The translations under genes were made by a program, and so were the position numbers. The notes beneath the pieces were generated by a model. That model was not told the origin of the DNA and searched no databases. It was given only the letters and a program-made list of their open reading frames with translations. A stretch of 64,000 bases of DNA. Source: Owenia fusiformis (Eukaryota). Shown piece by piece: positions 24,801 to 37,359 of the stretch. How positions within the stretch are numbered: the first letter of the stretch is position 1; each line of letters begins with the position of its first letter. Where the stretch lies: assembly GCA_903813345.2 (NCBI GenBank), contig CAIIXF020000001.1, forward strand, positions 2,294,001-2,358,000, in the 5' to 3' direction.

Positions 24801-25363
24801 ATGTTCCACCTTATTTTGTTAATGTAAAATCTTAATATTATTGAACATAGCATTTGATTAAGTGAGGAGCTATTATTATAAATCTTGGATACCACCTGAA
24901 TTATAGCCAGGAACAAGTGTAAAATATGTAAGAACAATCAAATCTGTGTAGTTGATCCACTCTACATCTTTTTTAATCCCCGAGCAGACTTCCAAATTAT
25001 CATTCATTTGGAAAAAGGATTTCTCATTGACCAGTCATGATTTGCGGGATTTGAGGCTCTCAGTCGTATTATGAATGGACAGTTATGAATCAGGGACTCT
25101 TATTCATACAAGGGATGATGTCTATATATCAACAGTTGTGATAAATTGAAGTTAATTTCATAATAGTTTGTCTCACTCCTACTCTCATAATGAAATCTTA
25201 AAATGAGATATGTCTTTCTCTTGAATAACTAAAAAAAGATCACTCTTCCAATGAAATCATCATTTAACCCCCCCCCTTTCAATAAAATTAACTTGGAGCT
25301 TCCACAACTGTTGATAACTGAACATCACCCCAATACAAGGCAGACAGTGTGCAATCTGAGATG

Positions 25364-25713
25364 TCAGATCAGCTTCACATGTGCTTGTTCCAGTCCATGT
25401 AGCCATGCCTGTAATCTTCCCTTTATCTTCTTTTGATCATCAGCAGTACAGTCAATCAAGACACCCTCAAAGTTCCTATCAACTGGGCCAACTTTCTCAG
25501 ATTCATTGGCACATGAGTTCAAGTATGTTTTAACCCTGTGCACGGATTCTGCTACTCCTTGTTTCAATTGTTCATGCAGTTGATCTAGGATTCCATTGAC
25601 TTTTTTGAGAGCTGTTTCTTGTACCGTATTTCTTGGTGTTGAGACACTGACTTCCACTGTTAAACATCTACAAACCAGTCTTTCTGCGTTGGCTTCAATC
25701 TCACTTCTCTCCA
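25364..25713 (-). CDS. BAG2: BAG2 coding exon 2 (BAG2/BNB domain)
   Basis: ATTTCAG acceptor on -; 350 nt to TGA. Confidence 0.94.
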
Positions 25714-28700
25714 CTGAAATAATATGTTAAATGTAACTAATACATGTATGTTTAATGTAATTAATATGTTTAATATAATAATTAATATGTTTACTGTATA
25801 TGTTTAATATACTTGCACACCCTGTGTAATACCTTATTTTTCATATAGAGATTAGAAACATTTTTTAATTGGAGTGATAGAGCCTAAAATGTCAAAAAAA
25901 TCGCTTTATGGAAATAAGGAGTAAACCAGAAAAATGACCTGCTTTGATAGCTTTACATTTCCACTGTCTCAGCCTAACCCCATAAATGTGGAATAAATTT
26001 GTTTTTTAGTTCGAAAAAATTTTTAAAATAAGGAAAAGGCAAACTAATCCCAGACTTATGGGGGTATCTCTCGATTATGTCCTATTGTTCTGACATTTTT
26101 TAAAAATTCGCTGAAAATGTTCGACAATAAGTGGAGTAAATGTTAAAATTTGGAATTCAAAAGTATTTCTTTACATGGGAATAGTTCAACAAGTTAAACC
26201 TAGTCCAGTAGTCCCCCTGCCTTATTTCTTATCTGACATATCTTGTGCCCTGCTTCTAGGTTTAACTTATGAGCATATTCTGCCAACTATGTGGAAAATT
26301 AAATGGAAATGCATTTTGGGCCAGCACCTGTAATTAAATTCATGTATCTGTGCATGTTACTCCTTGAATAATGAGATCCAAGCAAACAGTAAACATACAT
26401 ACATTATGAATAAGAACATATCATCCCATGGAATCGTTTGATAGCCAGCTTTTCCCAAGATGGGTTCAATTTTCAGAAATGTTCCGGGGGATAACTTTGA
26501 CAAAGTTGGCCCAAAGTCACATCAAAAATGCTCAGAATCCTGAAAAACTGCATGATTTTGAAAGAATTTTTGGCCAGGAGGAGCCAATTTAATTGGTATA
26601 ATCATGGGCTTTAAACTAAATTCAACTAATTGAAAGCCCATGGTATAATCATGGGCATTCAATAGAGAAATAATGATTCCTCAAATTGATACTTTTGTGC
26701 AGAGAATTTCACTGCAACTATCACAGTACAAAATGTTACAGTCTATCGGATACAGAATAGGGATACAGATTTATTTTTCATACAAATGGGATTCAGATGA
26801 ATGGGATTTGTATGATTGGGATTCAGACGGTTGGCATTCGGATGATTGGGATTCCGATGATTTGGATTCGGGCAAATGGGATTTGGACCAATGGGTATAA
26901 TTGGGAATCGAACTAAAATATTATTCACATGATGTCCAACAGTCGAAAAATCAATTTATTCTCTCATTCGGTCGTATTCTTAAGTTTTTCCCCCATGTAT
27001 AATAAATTTGGCCAATGACTTATCTACACCTCCAACCTTTCGTCAGTTGATCACAGGAAATTGAAAAGAAATAGGATTTTCTGATATCACGCAAATAATT
27101 TCTCCTTGTATTTCGTCTCGAATTCCAACATGGACGAGATTCAAAGAAAATGACGTCATCGAAAATGGACTAGTCGAAAAGTAGGTGACAAGGTATGTAT
27201 ATATCAAACGCTGCCATATTTCTTTGCAATGGTGAGTTACAGGCACAGTTCCTCACTTTATGTGGAAAAGAAGAAGTTCTCAGACTTAATTGTCCGTCTC
27301 CACCGGGCACTTGAGAAGGAGATGACTACAAAGCTGAATATTTTTAACCCCTGCCAAATGAACTCGTCCAGATTTTGAGATTTCTAGTTACTCTGACGTT
27401 ACTCAAACAGAAGTCGAGAGGAACATTTCTGAAGAAAATGACTTAGTTTCTAACTGTATTTGGATCCAATTTCGAGAATCTGCCTACTGACTAGGCGAAT
27501 ATGCACACATTTGACTTCAAAAAATAAGTCATGTACAGTCTGTTGCACTGCTTCAAAGGCAAGCAGTTGAACCTGAAATATAAGAAATCTATAGACCATT
27601 GTGCCATAATATATAGAAAAATATATTCATATTGCACACGTTTGACATTTGTATATTTCAGATTATTTAGTGTTTAGTGCAATAAGCCTGTGCCCTCTTG
27701 TAATTTGAGGTCTGTCCGCCATGTTATTTTTTTGAGAATTAACATGGTTGAGAAGCATAAAAAAATAAGAGGTTACAGACTTTATGAGCCAATTTACAAG
27801 CAACCCAACATATACAAATGTCATTCGTGTGCAATATGAATATATTTTTCTTTATATTATTGCACAATTTTATCTAGATTTCTTATATTTCAGGTTTAAG
27901 GCTCAGCTGGAAAGTAACATTTTGGTAAAAAATTGCTATACCTGCACATGTTATTTTCTGGTACAAAATTAAGTATGAAGGCATGTGTGTATTTCCTTGC
28001 TTTTTTCAGGAAAGTATCATTACACTGTTTACTTTTAGTAAACCTGGAAACAGGTGAATGGTAGGTCTCGAAAATTTCCTGGAGTTCCCATTGAACTCCT
28101 ACCAGATATTCTAAAAGAAGACAATGTAATGATACTTTCCTGAAAAAAGCAAGGGAATTGACACATGCCTTCATACTTTATCTTGTACCAGAAAATAACA
28201 TGTGCAGGTATAGCAATTTTTTACCAAAATGTTACTTTCCAGCTGTACCTTAACTGTTTGCCTTTGAAGCAGTGTAACAGACTGTAAATATGAGTAAGTA
28301 GACCAAATGATTCGATTCAGGCATTTGAACTTTTTCTAAAAATGGATTTTTCGACTGTCAGACATCATGTGAATAATGTTTTAATTTATCGTGTGCCCTC
28401 ACTCAAACCAGTCTAAAAGTCTCAATCCCCCGAGTCAGTTATAAAAAAAAAATTATTACTACAGTGGGGGACAAAAATAAAACTCAATGTTCACAAGTTG
28501 TCACAATGAGCTTATTTCCAAGTTTCGTGTCTCAAACTCTCCCAAGCAGTAGAAAAATAATTCCCGTTCACTAAAGTAGCACAATAAATGAATCCAAAGC
28601 TTCATACCTGCAAATAATGGATAAATCCCTACCAAATCGAATGAATGTTTTCATGAATCGCCATGTTTGTTATCCAAGGACGGTTGACTCCCAGAATGCA

Positions 28701-29228
28701 ACATCAGTTAACCGTATTTACTCATGACAGGTTTCAAAATGGCGGAACAGCATTTTGAAAGCTGGCACGTGTCATGTTGCATTCTGGGAGCCAATCCTCC
28801 GTTCCGGCGCAATCGGACGACAAAATCACCTCAACATTTGAAGAGTCGGCATAACATGTGAATATCCAATTCAACTTTTGAAGTTCTTATTTGTCATTAG
28901 GGACACAAATTCCACTATATTTGGACTTACTAAGACGGAGAAAATAGAGCACTGAATACACTGAGGTAAGAATTTATTACATGTGCGACAGCATGTAATA
29001 ACTTTTGCAATTCTTTATGATCCCCACTGTAAAAAATCTACCTGATCCCATATCTGCAACCCAAGTGCTGTGTTGTACATTGTTCAATGTACTTAGTAGT
29101 TGCTCTTTCTCTTCTTCTATATACTGAGCTTGCTTTCTTAATGCTTCAACACGTTTTTCAAGCTCATCTAGCATAGAAACAACACGATTTACAGAGCCAA
29201 TTTCTTCTTTTTCATTTCCATTATCCAT
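25364..29228 (-). CDS. BAG2: BAG family molecular chaperone regulator 2, complement(join(25364..25713,29042..29228)), 178 aa
   Basis: N-terminal coiled coil LDELEKRVEALRKQAQYIEEEKEQLLSTL, then BAG2/BNB domain RLVCRCLTVEVSVSTPRN..QE.AL...YLNSC...GPVDRNFEGVLIDCTADDQKKIKGRL. Phase-1 GT-AG intron joins the two exons in frame. Confidence 0.93.
26788..26910. repeat. 15-bp tandem repeat (TGGGATTCRGAYGRT), ~8 copies
   Basis: Periodic TGGGATT every 15 bp; explains the WDSD-repeat ORF 26673-26900. Confidence 0.8.
27536..28284. mobile_element. TA-flanked palindromic MITE (middle layer)
   Basis: TA|CAGTCTGTTGCACTGCTTCAAAGGCAAGCAGTT ... AACTGTTTGCCTTTGAAGCAGTGTAACAGACTG|TA; arms continue inward (27570-27657 vs 27810-27895). 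Confidence 0.82.
27900..28249. mobile_element. Kolobok-like palindromic MITE with TTAA TSD (inner layer)
   Basis: TTAA|GGCTCAGCTGGAAAGTAAC ... GTTACTTTCCAGCTGTACC|TTAA; near-perfect ~125-bp arms. Confidence 0.85.
28462..29029. mobile_element. Old Tc1-like element with TA TSD, abutting the BAG2 exon-1 donor
   Basis: TA|CAGTGGGG ... CCCCACTG|TA, with a central 17-bp perfect inverted repeat (28688-28704 / 28774-28790). Confidence 0.5.
29042..29228 (-). CDS. BAG2: BAG2 coding exon 1 (coiled coil)
   Basis: AAAATG start; donor G|GTAGAT; 187 nt. A possible in-frame acceptor 21 nt upstream of the ATG makes the true start slightly uncertain. Confidence 0.88.
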
Positions 29229-30802
29229 TTTCGAGGTCAGAACTTCTAACTAAAAATTGAAAAGTTCTCGCTATAGCGATTATTTAGAAGGCTGGGCCGC
29301 CGAGGCGGGAATTTCAAACCAATAAAGAGAAAAGGGATTGGTACCTTTATTGTTTAATAGTTCAACAAGTTAAACCCAATACCACGGCTTTCATTTATAA
29401 TCTGAGTGTTCTTGTTGCCGTGGTTGGGTTTTAACTTCCGTGCTATGCTTTCAATGGTTGCAAAATCCTCACTATCAGCTATAATTAAAACGCGCATGGA
29501 ATTTCATGCGCTCTCATAGGCCACCATTAAATAAAATATTTTGCATCAAGGGCCGAATAGGCACGGACGTTAAACCTAAATTTGGACTGAAATTAAAAAA
29601 TAAGGCCTTAAAAGGCCCAGTATGATCAAAAAGCTCACTTTTTGGGGCCTTTTAAGGCCTTTTTTTCGCCCAGAGGCCGCCAGTGTATCAACCGATGTTC
29701 TTAATTTTTTAACACTACAAGCCCGGGGACTACAAGACACCCGGGACAAGACACCGGATACATGCTATGCCTGTATGCGTTGGTGTGAATTATCTCTAAT
29801 AACTTTTAAAATAACTTCACGATTTGTCAAACAAAAAGTCCTTCAAAAAACACTTTTTGAAATTTAAAAACAAAGTTTCACATATTACATTTTGGTAACA
29901 TATTTGGGTAAGACTACAATATAAGCCAAAGTGGTTTAAACTTTATATGGGGCCTTTAATAACTTCACCAATTAAAAATATATTGCAGATCTTTTGGAAG
30001 ACATTGTATTTGAGAGTGTAAGGAATAGATTGGAAGGCCAATTGTGCATGTTGCAAAAATCCCCATTTAGAATTAGTCACCTTCCATGGATCTGATTATG
30101 CCTTCAAGAAGTAGGCCTACTACGTTTGGAGGAAGTGTAAGTTGTCACTCGTTATTTTTTGGGAATGAAATACCCCACAGAATTCATTTCCTGCTTTAGG
30201 TTTTGGGAACCAATAAAAGTCAGTGAAGGTGGCGTTAAATTACTAGGCTATAGAAGTTGATTGATGAATTCAAAATCACCAAAATGACGAGTGATATTCT
30301 ACATTTCTTTCAATTTTACTGAGGCATTATGACAAAATGTCACAGGTATTCCAAGTTTTAGAAATTTGTTAAGACGCCGACCGCCGAATAATACCAGGCG
30401 AACATCGTCCATAAAGAAATTATTTTCACTTTAATTTTTCAATTTGTCAATGGGCCAGAAAAGGCCATAAGATCCAAAAAGTGGGCCTTTTGGTCAAAAA
30501 GTGGGCCATTTTGGTCATTACTGGGCATTTTAGGCCTTAGGCCAAATTTTGAAGAAATGGGCCTCAAATTTCAAATTGTTTGGTTTTAGGGCCCAAAATT
30601 TTTTTACAAGATGTAGGTGACAATTTTAGAAAAAATATATTTGCCACCTTGTTATATTTGATGATATAAAAATGTGAACTTTTGTTACAAAAATAGCGGA
30701 AACTCAAATATTTGAAAATTGTAAGAAGGACAATTTTATTTTTCAAAAATGCCTCAGATAAGTTTCAAGTCGTAAAGAAGTAAAACTTGAATGGTTGAAC
30801 TA

Positions 30803-31675
30803 CACTCCCCTCCATAAGTTTGGCAACCTTTTTTCCCCCATTGAACTACGTGGTAAAGCCTCTTTACCTTTGAATTTTTATCTACTTAACCTGCGATGAA
30901 AATACTTATACTATTGATGGAAACGTACTTTGACTTTAATTCCAATACCTCCAAATTTTCTTAATTTTTTTCCTCAATTACAATAGGTCGAAAATTGATG
31001 CTAAATTTGATGAATTTTTGAAAATCGACATTCCCATGTTAAGCAATGGGAAATGGTAGGTTTGCCGCAAGTCATATGACAGAATATCCATCCATCCGAG
31101 TCCTTGCAAAAAATACGAGTTAAGCAGGCAATTGAATTTGCTAACTTTATTTAACAAAAAATTGATATGCTTCTTCAGGTTCAACAAAGTTATAGGGCTT
31201 TAAAGTCAAAATTGTTTTTCAAAAAACCTCTCCCATTGAAATAACACAGGAGGCGAAAAATTATTTTCAAAAATGACTTTGAAGCGCTGTAACTTTAATA
31301 TTCATCAAATAAACTAAACACTTAGTGTTCAAAAAAGTTAGACAATTCAATTTTCTATATCAAAATATTTTTTGCTGAATCTTTTACTGAAAAGATATCC
31401 TGATTTCTGATTTGCCCCGAACCCTCCATTTCCCATTGGATTACATGGGAATGACGATTTTCAAAAATTCATCAAAATCATCAATTTTCGACCTATTGTA
31501 ATTGAGGAAAAAAATTGAGAAAATTTGGAGGTATTGGAAATAAAGTCAAGTTACGTTTCCATCAATATTATACGTTATTTCATCGCCGGTTAAGTTAATA
31601 AAAATTCAAACGTAAAGAGGCTTTAACACATAGTTCAATGGGGAAAAAAGGTTGCCAAACTTATGGAGGGGATTG
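30803..31675. mobile_element. Tc1-like palindromic MITE, TA TSD
   Basis: TA|CACTCCCCTCCATAAGTTTGGCAACC ... GGTTGCCAAACTTATGGAGGGGATTG|TA; arms over 200 bp. Confidence 0.88.
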
Positions 31676-34104
31676 TATGTCTTCATACTTTGCACGTGGC
31701 CTTCAACAATATTTTCAACTACGCCAACTAAATCTTTTTTTATGTGTTTTTATTGAAATTTTATTCTCATATTATTACGACGATAAGACGATGTTACGTG
31801 CGTTAAGTCATCATTGATTCAACGTGACTAACTACACGTTAAGCAGTAACACTTGATTCTGTTTAACTATGTCAGAAACAACACATTTACACTTTTTATA
31901 GATTAATGAAATGTACAATGGTTTACTAGAGAAATTTTGTATTGATATTGGTTCAAATACCCCATATCAACTTTTTTTTTGAAAGTTCCAGCTTTTCAAT
32001 TCTAAAATATTTAAATTTAATTTCCCGCCATTTCAAAGAAAGTCGAAATTTTCGAATCATCAAATATTCCACCATACATTTAAAAAATATTAGATTGAAC
32101 AAAGGACACACTATTTCAATAATGAAATGCCATATCTAATGCAACTTAATGATCTAAAAAAATATCTAATATGCCACTTCAATGTTTTAGCACATCAAAA
32201 TATTTTGCAACCTAAGTGATGTCATCATGACTCACTCAGGTGGCAAAAACATTTTGAAAAATATTGAAATTTTGAAAAGATCTATATCAATCTTTTTTTA
32301 ATATGTTAAACTTCAAAAATAAACCAATGTTGATTGTCTAACTAGACATATTAATTTATTTCGATTATTTTTTGTATAACGCATGGAAACTAACTTTAAA
32401 AAGTGAGCAATGTCATTAGTTGCCCGATTTATAGCAAAAACATTGACTTTTGCACGTTGGTGATGATGAGCCTTTTTAATAGATCTCATATCTTAGTAGG
32501 GTATCAGTTCAAAAAAATACTAGATGACCTATCATATTTTGCCATGCACTGCGCCTATTCATTTGGCAATTCAGTTGTAAATATTCTCTTGGAAAATACA
32601 TCTTCCTTTGTTGACTTTTCTTGCAGAAATCGCCTAATCCCCCCCCCTCCATCATTTTTGTACGATCACCGGGCGTGATCTTGTCCACAACAAAAAATGG
32701 ATTCATTTGTTTCTCCGGGTTTACAAAGTTATAAGTCTCCAAAGTCAAAATTATTCCTCAATAACCTCTCATTGAAATAACACAGGGATCAAAAAAGAGT
32801 TCCCGAAAATACGTTGCTGCTCCGTCTCGTTATTCTCACGAATTAGCTTAACACTAGGCATGCAGAAAGTAAATTAATTCTCGGAAATTATTTTTAATAA
32901 ATGTTTTAATGAATAGATATCCAAAAATCTGACGTAATCTTACCCACCATTTCACATTGGTTGACATTGGTTCTACCATTTTTTAATTCATTGAAACAAT
33001 GCACTCTAATAAATCCAGTACGCTTGTCCAGAGGTTTAAGTTTTTGGAATTACAAAATAGAAAACAACTTTCCATAAACTTAAATTACTTTTAAACACGA
33101 ATAGCATTATTTTCATTTTAAAATACAATACATCAAAACATTTTTTTCTTTAACACGACTGCTTAGGTCATTTTGACCTGTCGTCGTTCTTAAAATAAAC
33201 ATTTGTATTGAGCGTAAACAGTCCCTACTATACAGAACTATTTCTGTTATCGCAATGGGATTTCGCAAAATCGGGTGTATACTGTGTTTGTAGGTTATAA
33301 AATGTAACTTTCACAACATCACATTTATAAGGAATAATTTACATACGAGGACAAACATTGGAGTGGTATTCAAAGATTCATTCAAAATCTTGACAAAAAA
33401 GAAGTCATGAAAATCAAAAACCGTCTGTTTTTCGGAGTTTTGACTCAACAATGGGGATGGTTCATCTCGTTGCTGATGTTTACTAGATTGGTAAGTGAAT
33501 ACACAATTTTATTAATGAAACTTTTAATCATGGATCACATCTCCCAAAAAAGTACAATAGAGTAACCCATACAGGCAAAGGAACACCGAAGAGTTCACCC
33601 CTCCCCACTCACTGTGTAACATGTTGTAAAATTTTGAATCTTTTATTTTTGATCAATTGATGTGTTCTTGTAATTTATGCAGTTATTATGTGGTTCCCAG
33701 TTGAGATTATGATTGTGGAATGTTTCAGGTCCGTAGCCAGGATTTCTCAAGTGAGGTTCTACGTTTTGCTAAATTTCCCCCTACCCCTGGACATGATGTG
33801 GGAATGGCCTTTGTATGCAGAGGTCAATACTCCCTCCCCTGGATTGATAAAAGTCTAATACCAAAATTATACGACATTTAGTGAGCTCCCTTTTCTTTTT
33901 TACGAAGCCCCTACTTCGAACGTATTTTACAAACCATTGAGTATATGAAATATATAATATACAGGGGTCTATTTCTCCAAACTCCGCAAAGTTACGGATC
34001 CGTAAGTCCATTTACGCTTCTCTCTCAAACTTACGGAGGTTTGGCATTTCTCGAAAAATCGTAGATTTACGGGATTTAAGAGATTTCTTTTAGTTTACGA
34101 TAAA

Positions 34105-34910
34105 CGAGGTTTGATCCAAAAGTTCTGCACATTTTGCTCTAAAAATCTTAATTCTTTATGAATGGAGCAAGAGTACAACGCATTGTAGGGTTTTGAAACT
34201 AAACAGGGTACCAAAAATTTGACACTGAACAGAGTACCAAATGTATATCAAAGGTGTCAGTCATGCCTCTTAATCAATTATTTTTAATTAGACCAATGCT
34301 ATTGTGATATCCAATATATGCTAGTTGGCAATTGTAATGTCATTGACCTGAAGAATGCCCTGCGCCAAAAGCAGCCCAATAAGCATAAAATCCAGTTCCA
34401 TTTCGACAACGCGCCATTCCATTCCTCAACAATACTTACTTACAAACTACAACGAAAATATGTGCATCCCTAAACTTACCCATGCACCCTTCTCACATGA
34501 TCTGGCTTTTATCTTTATGGTGGACTTGGGACATGTTTTTGAACGTTAAAATGAAGGCTGTCTTGCTGTTCTCAAGTGGCTTCCTGAGACGGGTAATCGA
34601 GAAGTGAAGGATGTGTTTGATCAGTGTGTCCGCAAACATACTAAGTATACATGGGGGAAGGATATTTTGCGTAATCAAATTAAGAACTAATAATAAAATA
34701 TGGTCAAATTGAAAAAAACAATTGATTAATAGGCATGACTGACACAATTTATTTTTACAATGTCATGAATGTAGCGTACTCTTGCTCCGCATACCCTGTT
34801 GTCATGTTACTATGGAAACCAGACACCTATGTTACTGGTCAAATTTATTGCTTATTTTTACATAACATGAAACAATATATATAGGTGCAGAATTTTTGGA
34901 TCAACCCTTG
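34105..34910 (+). mobile_element. Internally deleted mariner element with transposase C-terminal remnants
   Basis: TIR CGAGGTTTGATCCAAAAGTTCTGCAC / GTGCAGAATTTTTGGATCAACCCTTG. Remnants HFDNAPFHS (cf. HDNAPAH), HAPFSHDLA (cf. HPPYSPDLAP) and GEGYFA*. Confidence 0.82.
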
Positions 34911-35449
34911 TGCATGACAGCCTTCTCTTCCGTAACTTTATGGGCACCTCAGACCCCGTCCATAACTATTTACGGAGGATTTCCCATTCCACCGTGTAAT
35001 GATTAGTACTGGTTACTTACACCAGTTCCAACTACCTGCTATACCTAATAATGGCGGCTCTTTTGAGATCAAGGGTGGGAGACGCGTCCGAATTGCACAA
35101 GATAACGTTTCCGTAAGGCGCGCTTGGAAATCCGTGTGCTAGACCGTACTAGACTTTATTGGGCCAACCCTCCAACGTGAGACGGGGAGCGATCATCTGC
35201 ATCTGAGCGATTTTGAGGGCAAAATCCGGTCTAACATACATTTTAATGTTTAAAACGAGCCTAATTCATTGAGATAGACTTTATCGTTCATTCAAAGATA
35301 TTTCAAATTCTGAAACATGCAATTCCCTCACTTTAATACTAAAATACGACTGAAATCCGAATAAAAGATTTTTACTTCTATTGACTACAAGTATTGACTT
35401 AAATTTTCAATATCAGAGTAAAGGAGTGTACATAATGACCTTATGTACT

Positions 35450-37359
35450 TACAGTTAGTTACTGAATAGTAGAATATTCAATGGCAAATATTTTTGAAGA
35501 AGAATATTTGTTTCATCATGGCGCAAATAAAACTAAGTCTCAATGGCTATGAAAACTTGAATGACGATAGAAGTGACAGATGATACGTATTATCGAAAAA
35601 TTATATTGTAAAAAAGAAAAGTAAATATTAGGAATTTGAATACAAACTCAAAGTAATGCATCTAGAAATCCAGGACAACATACAGCTGCAAAATGAAAAG
35701 GGAAATTATGGAAGAAAAAATGGAACCTGGTGCAATGATCAGGGCAAAACAAAATTGGGTAGAAAATGGTGGGAAAAAGAATACAAAACTTTTTATCACT
35801 GCACTTGAAAAACAAAATTCTAAAGAGAAAACAATTGAAGAATTTGAAAATGATGAGGGGGTAAAAACTAATGGTTTAGATGATGTAATGAATAGTTCAT
35901 TTGAATATTATTCAGATTTATATGAGAAAAATGGGGATGTAACATATTGCTTAAACGAATTTCTTAATTGAATGTCCATCAATAGATGAAACTGAAAAAG
36001 AATCATGTGAAGGTGAAATTACAAAATCAGAATGTGCTTAAATGCAATAAAATAGATGAAAAACTCAACAAGTCCAGGAGTAGATGGAGCAAGTCCAAGA
36101 GCAAGTCCAGGAGTAGATGGACTTTCTCCGGCATTTTATAAAATGTTTTGGTGTAAAGTTAACGATGCTGACGATACAACAGTATTTGTCAAAAACAAAG
36201 ACTCTGTTTAACTGAACTCTTAAAAGGAATTGATGATTGATGAAGTCTCTGGATTAAGATTGCATATGCAAAAATCAGAGGCAATGTGGATAGGGAGAAA
36301 TAAAAACTCTCTTAAATCATCTGCAGGATTGAAATGGCAATTAGGTAAAAATGCAACATAGAAAGTTTGAGGGGTGCTTTTCAGAAACAGGGGTTCGGCA
36401 CCTTCGATTCAAGAAAACTGAAATAAAAAATCACTAAAATAAACAAGATAATCAATCAATGGTCTCACAGAACTTTATCCATTGTTGGAAGAATAAATTT
36501 GGTAAAAAGTTTAGTAGCATCCCAATTAACAAATTTATGAATGGTTTATAAAGCACCAGACTGGACTCTGTCTTGAAAGAAATTAATTTATATTCTATAC
36601 AAATTCATGTGGAATCTAAAACCGCATCACCGCGAATGTGATTGGATCAAAAGCAAATACTTAAGACAAAGCATTGAAAATGGTGGGTTAAATATGGTGG
36701 GCATTTTTTCTCTGCAAAGTGCTGCACTATTGGTCTGTGTATCACATATAAAAAATAATGTAAAAAATTATGAGTCAAGCTGTTCCTTTAATTTATAAAA
36801 ATAATGGGACATGTAGATATATTTGATTTCAATATAAAATATGCAAAGTTGAAACCAAAATTAAAACAGCATAAAATGCCATCATTTTATGTTGATCTTG
36901 TTAAACAATGGTTAGACAATAAAAATTTACTAAATGAATTAAACAATGATGACATATTGTGGAATAACAACAGTTTGAGATATGGAAGAAACGTTACATA
37001 TTTTGAAGAATGGGTAAAATGGTATAAAGAAACTTATACATATTATAGATGAAAATGATCAAATGAGAGTTTGAAGTAGTTTGAGGAAATTTTAAATGTC
37101 ATAGGCCCAAGACCAGAGCTATGACTGCAATATAATTGTTAAAATCTTTATTGTATAATAAAACCATTGTTCATAAAAGCAATGAAAATATGTAAAATGA
37201 TATTGTAATAGCAACAGCAAAATTAAAAGATAATAAAAGTATACTAAGAATCAAACAGTACTACCTAGTATTCCCTGAAAATTTAAGAGAAGTGTGTAAC
37301 ATAGACGGTCATGAAATTGGTTTTAAGAACAGTACAATGTCTGAAAGCGCCAAGACTAT
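35450..37359 (+). mobile_element. Decayed L1/Tx1-clade non-LTR retrotransposon ORF2 (5' part)
   Basis: Frameshifted motifs GAMIRAKQNWVE.G.KNTK.F..LEK, KSPGVDGLSPAFYKMFW, ADDTT, SGLRL..KSEAMWIG, WSHRTLSIVGRINLVKSL, GGLNM. Most of the RT core is deleted. Confidence 0.88.

Larger units (their letters stand above)
26914..28384. mobile_element. Unclassified TIR element (outer layer of a 3-deep nest in the BAG2 intron)
   Basis: TTATTCACATGATGTCCAACAGTCGAAAAATC (26921) vs GATTTTTCGACTGTCAGACATCATGTGAATAA (to 28376). Confidence 0.65.

Noticed and set aside
26673-26928. WDSD-repeat / NPNH-repeat protein ORFs
   Set aside because: These are translations of a 15-bp tandem repeat inside the BAG2 intron, with no supporting gene structure.
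29236-29270. Heat-shock element upstream of BAG2
   Set aside because: GAA/TTC spacing is 1 or 3 nt rather than nGAAnnTTCn, and there is no three-unit array.
31860-33180. Additional palindromic element around TTTTGCAACCTAAGTGA / TCACTCAGGTGGCAAAA
   Set aside because: Probably an old MITE, but I could not define termini or a TSD.
35693-37052. Functional retrotransposon or host gene from the short + strand ORFs
   Set aside because: Many stops and frameshifts and loss of most of the RT core; annotated as a dead LINE.
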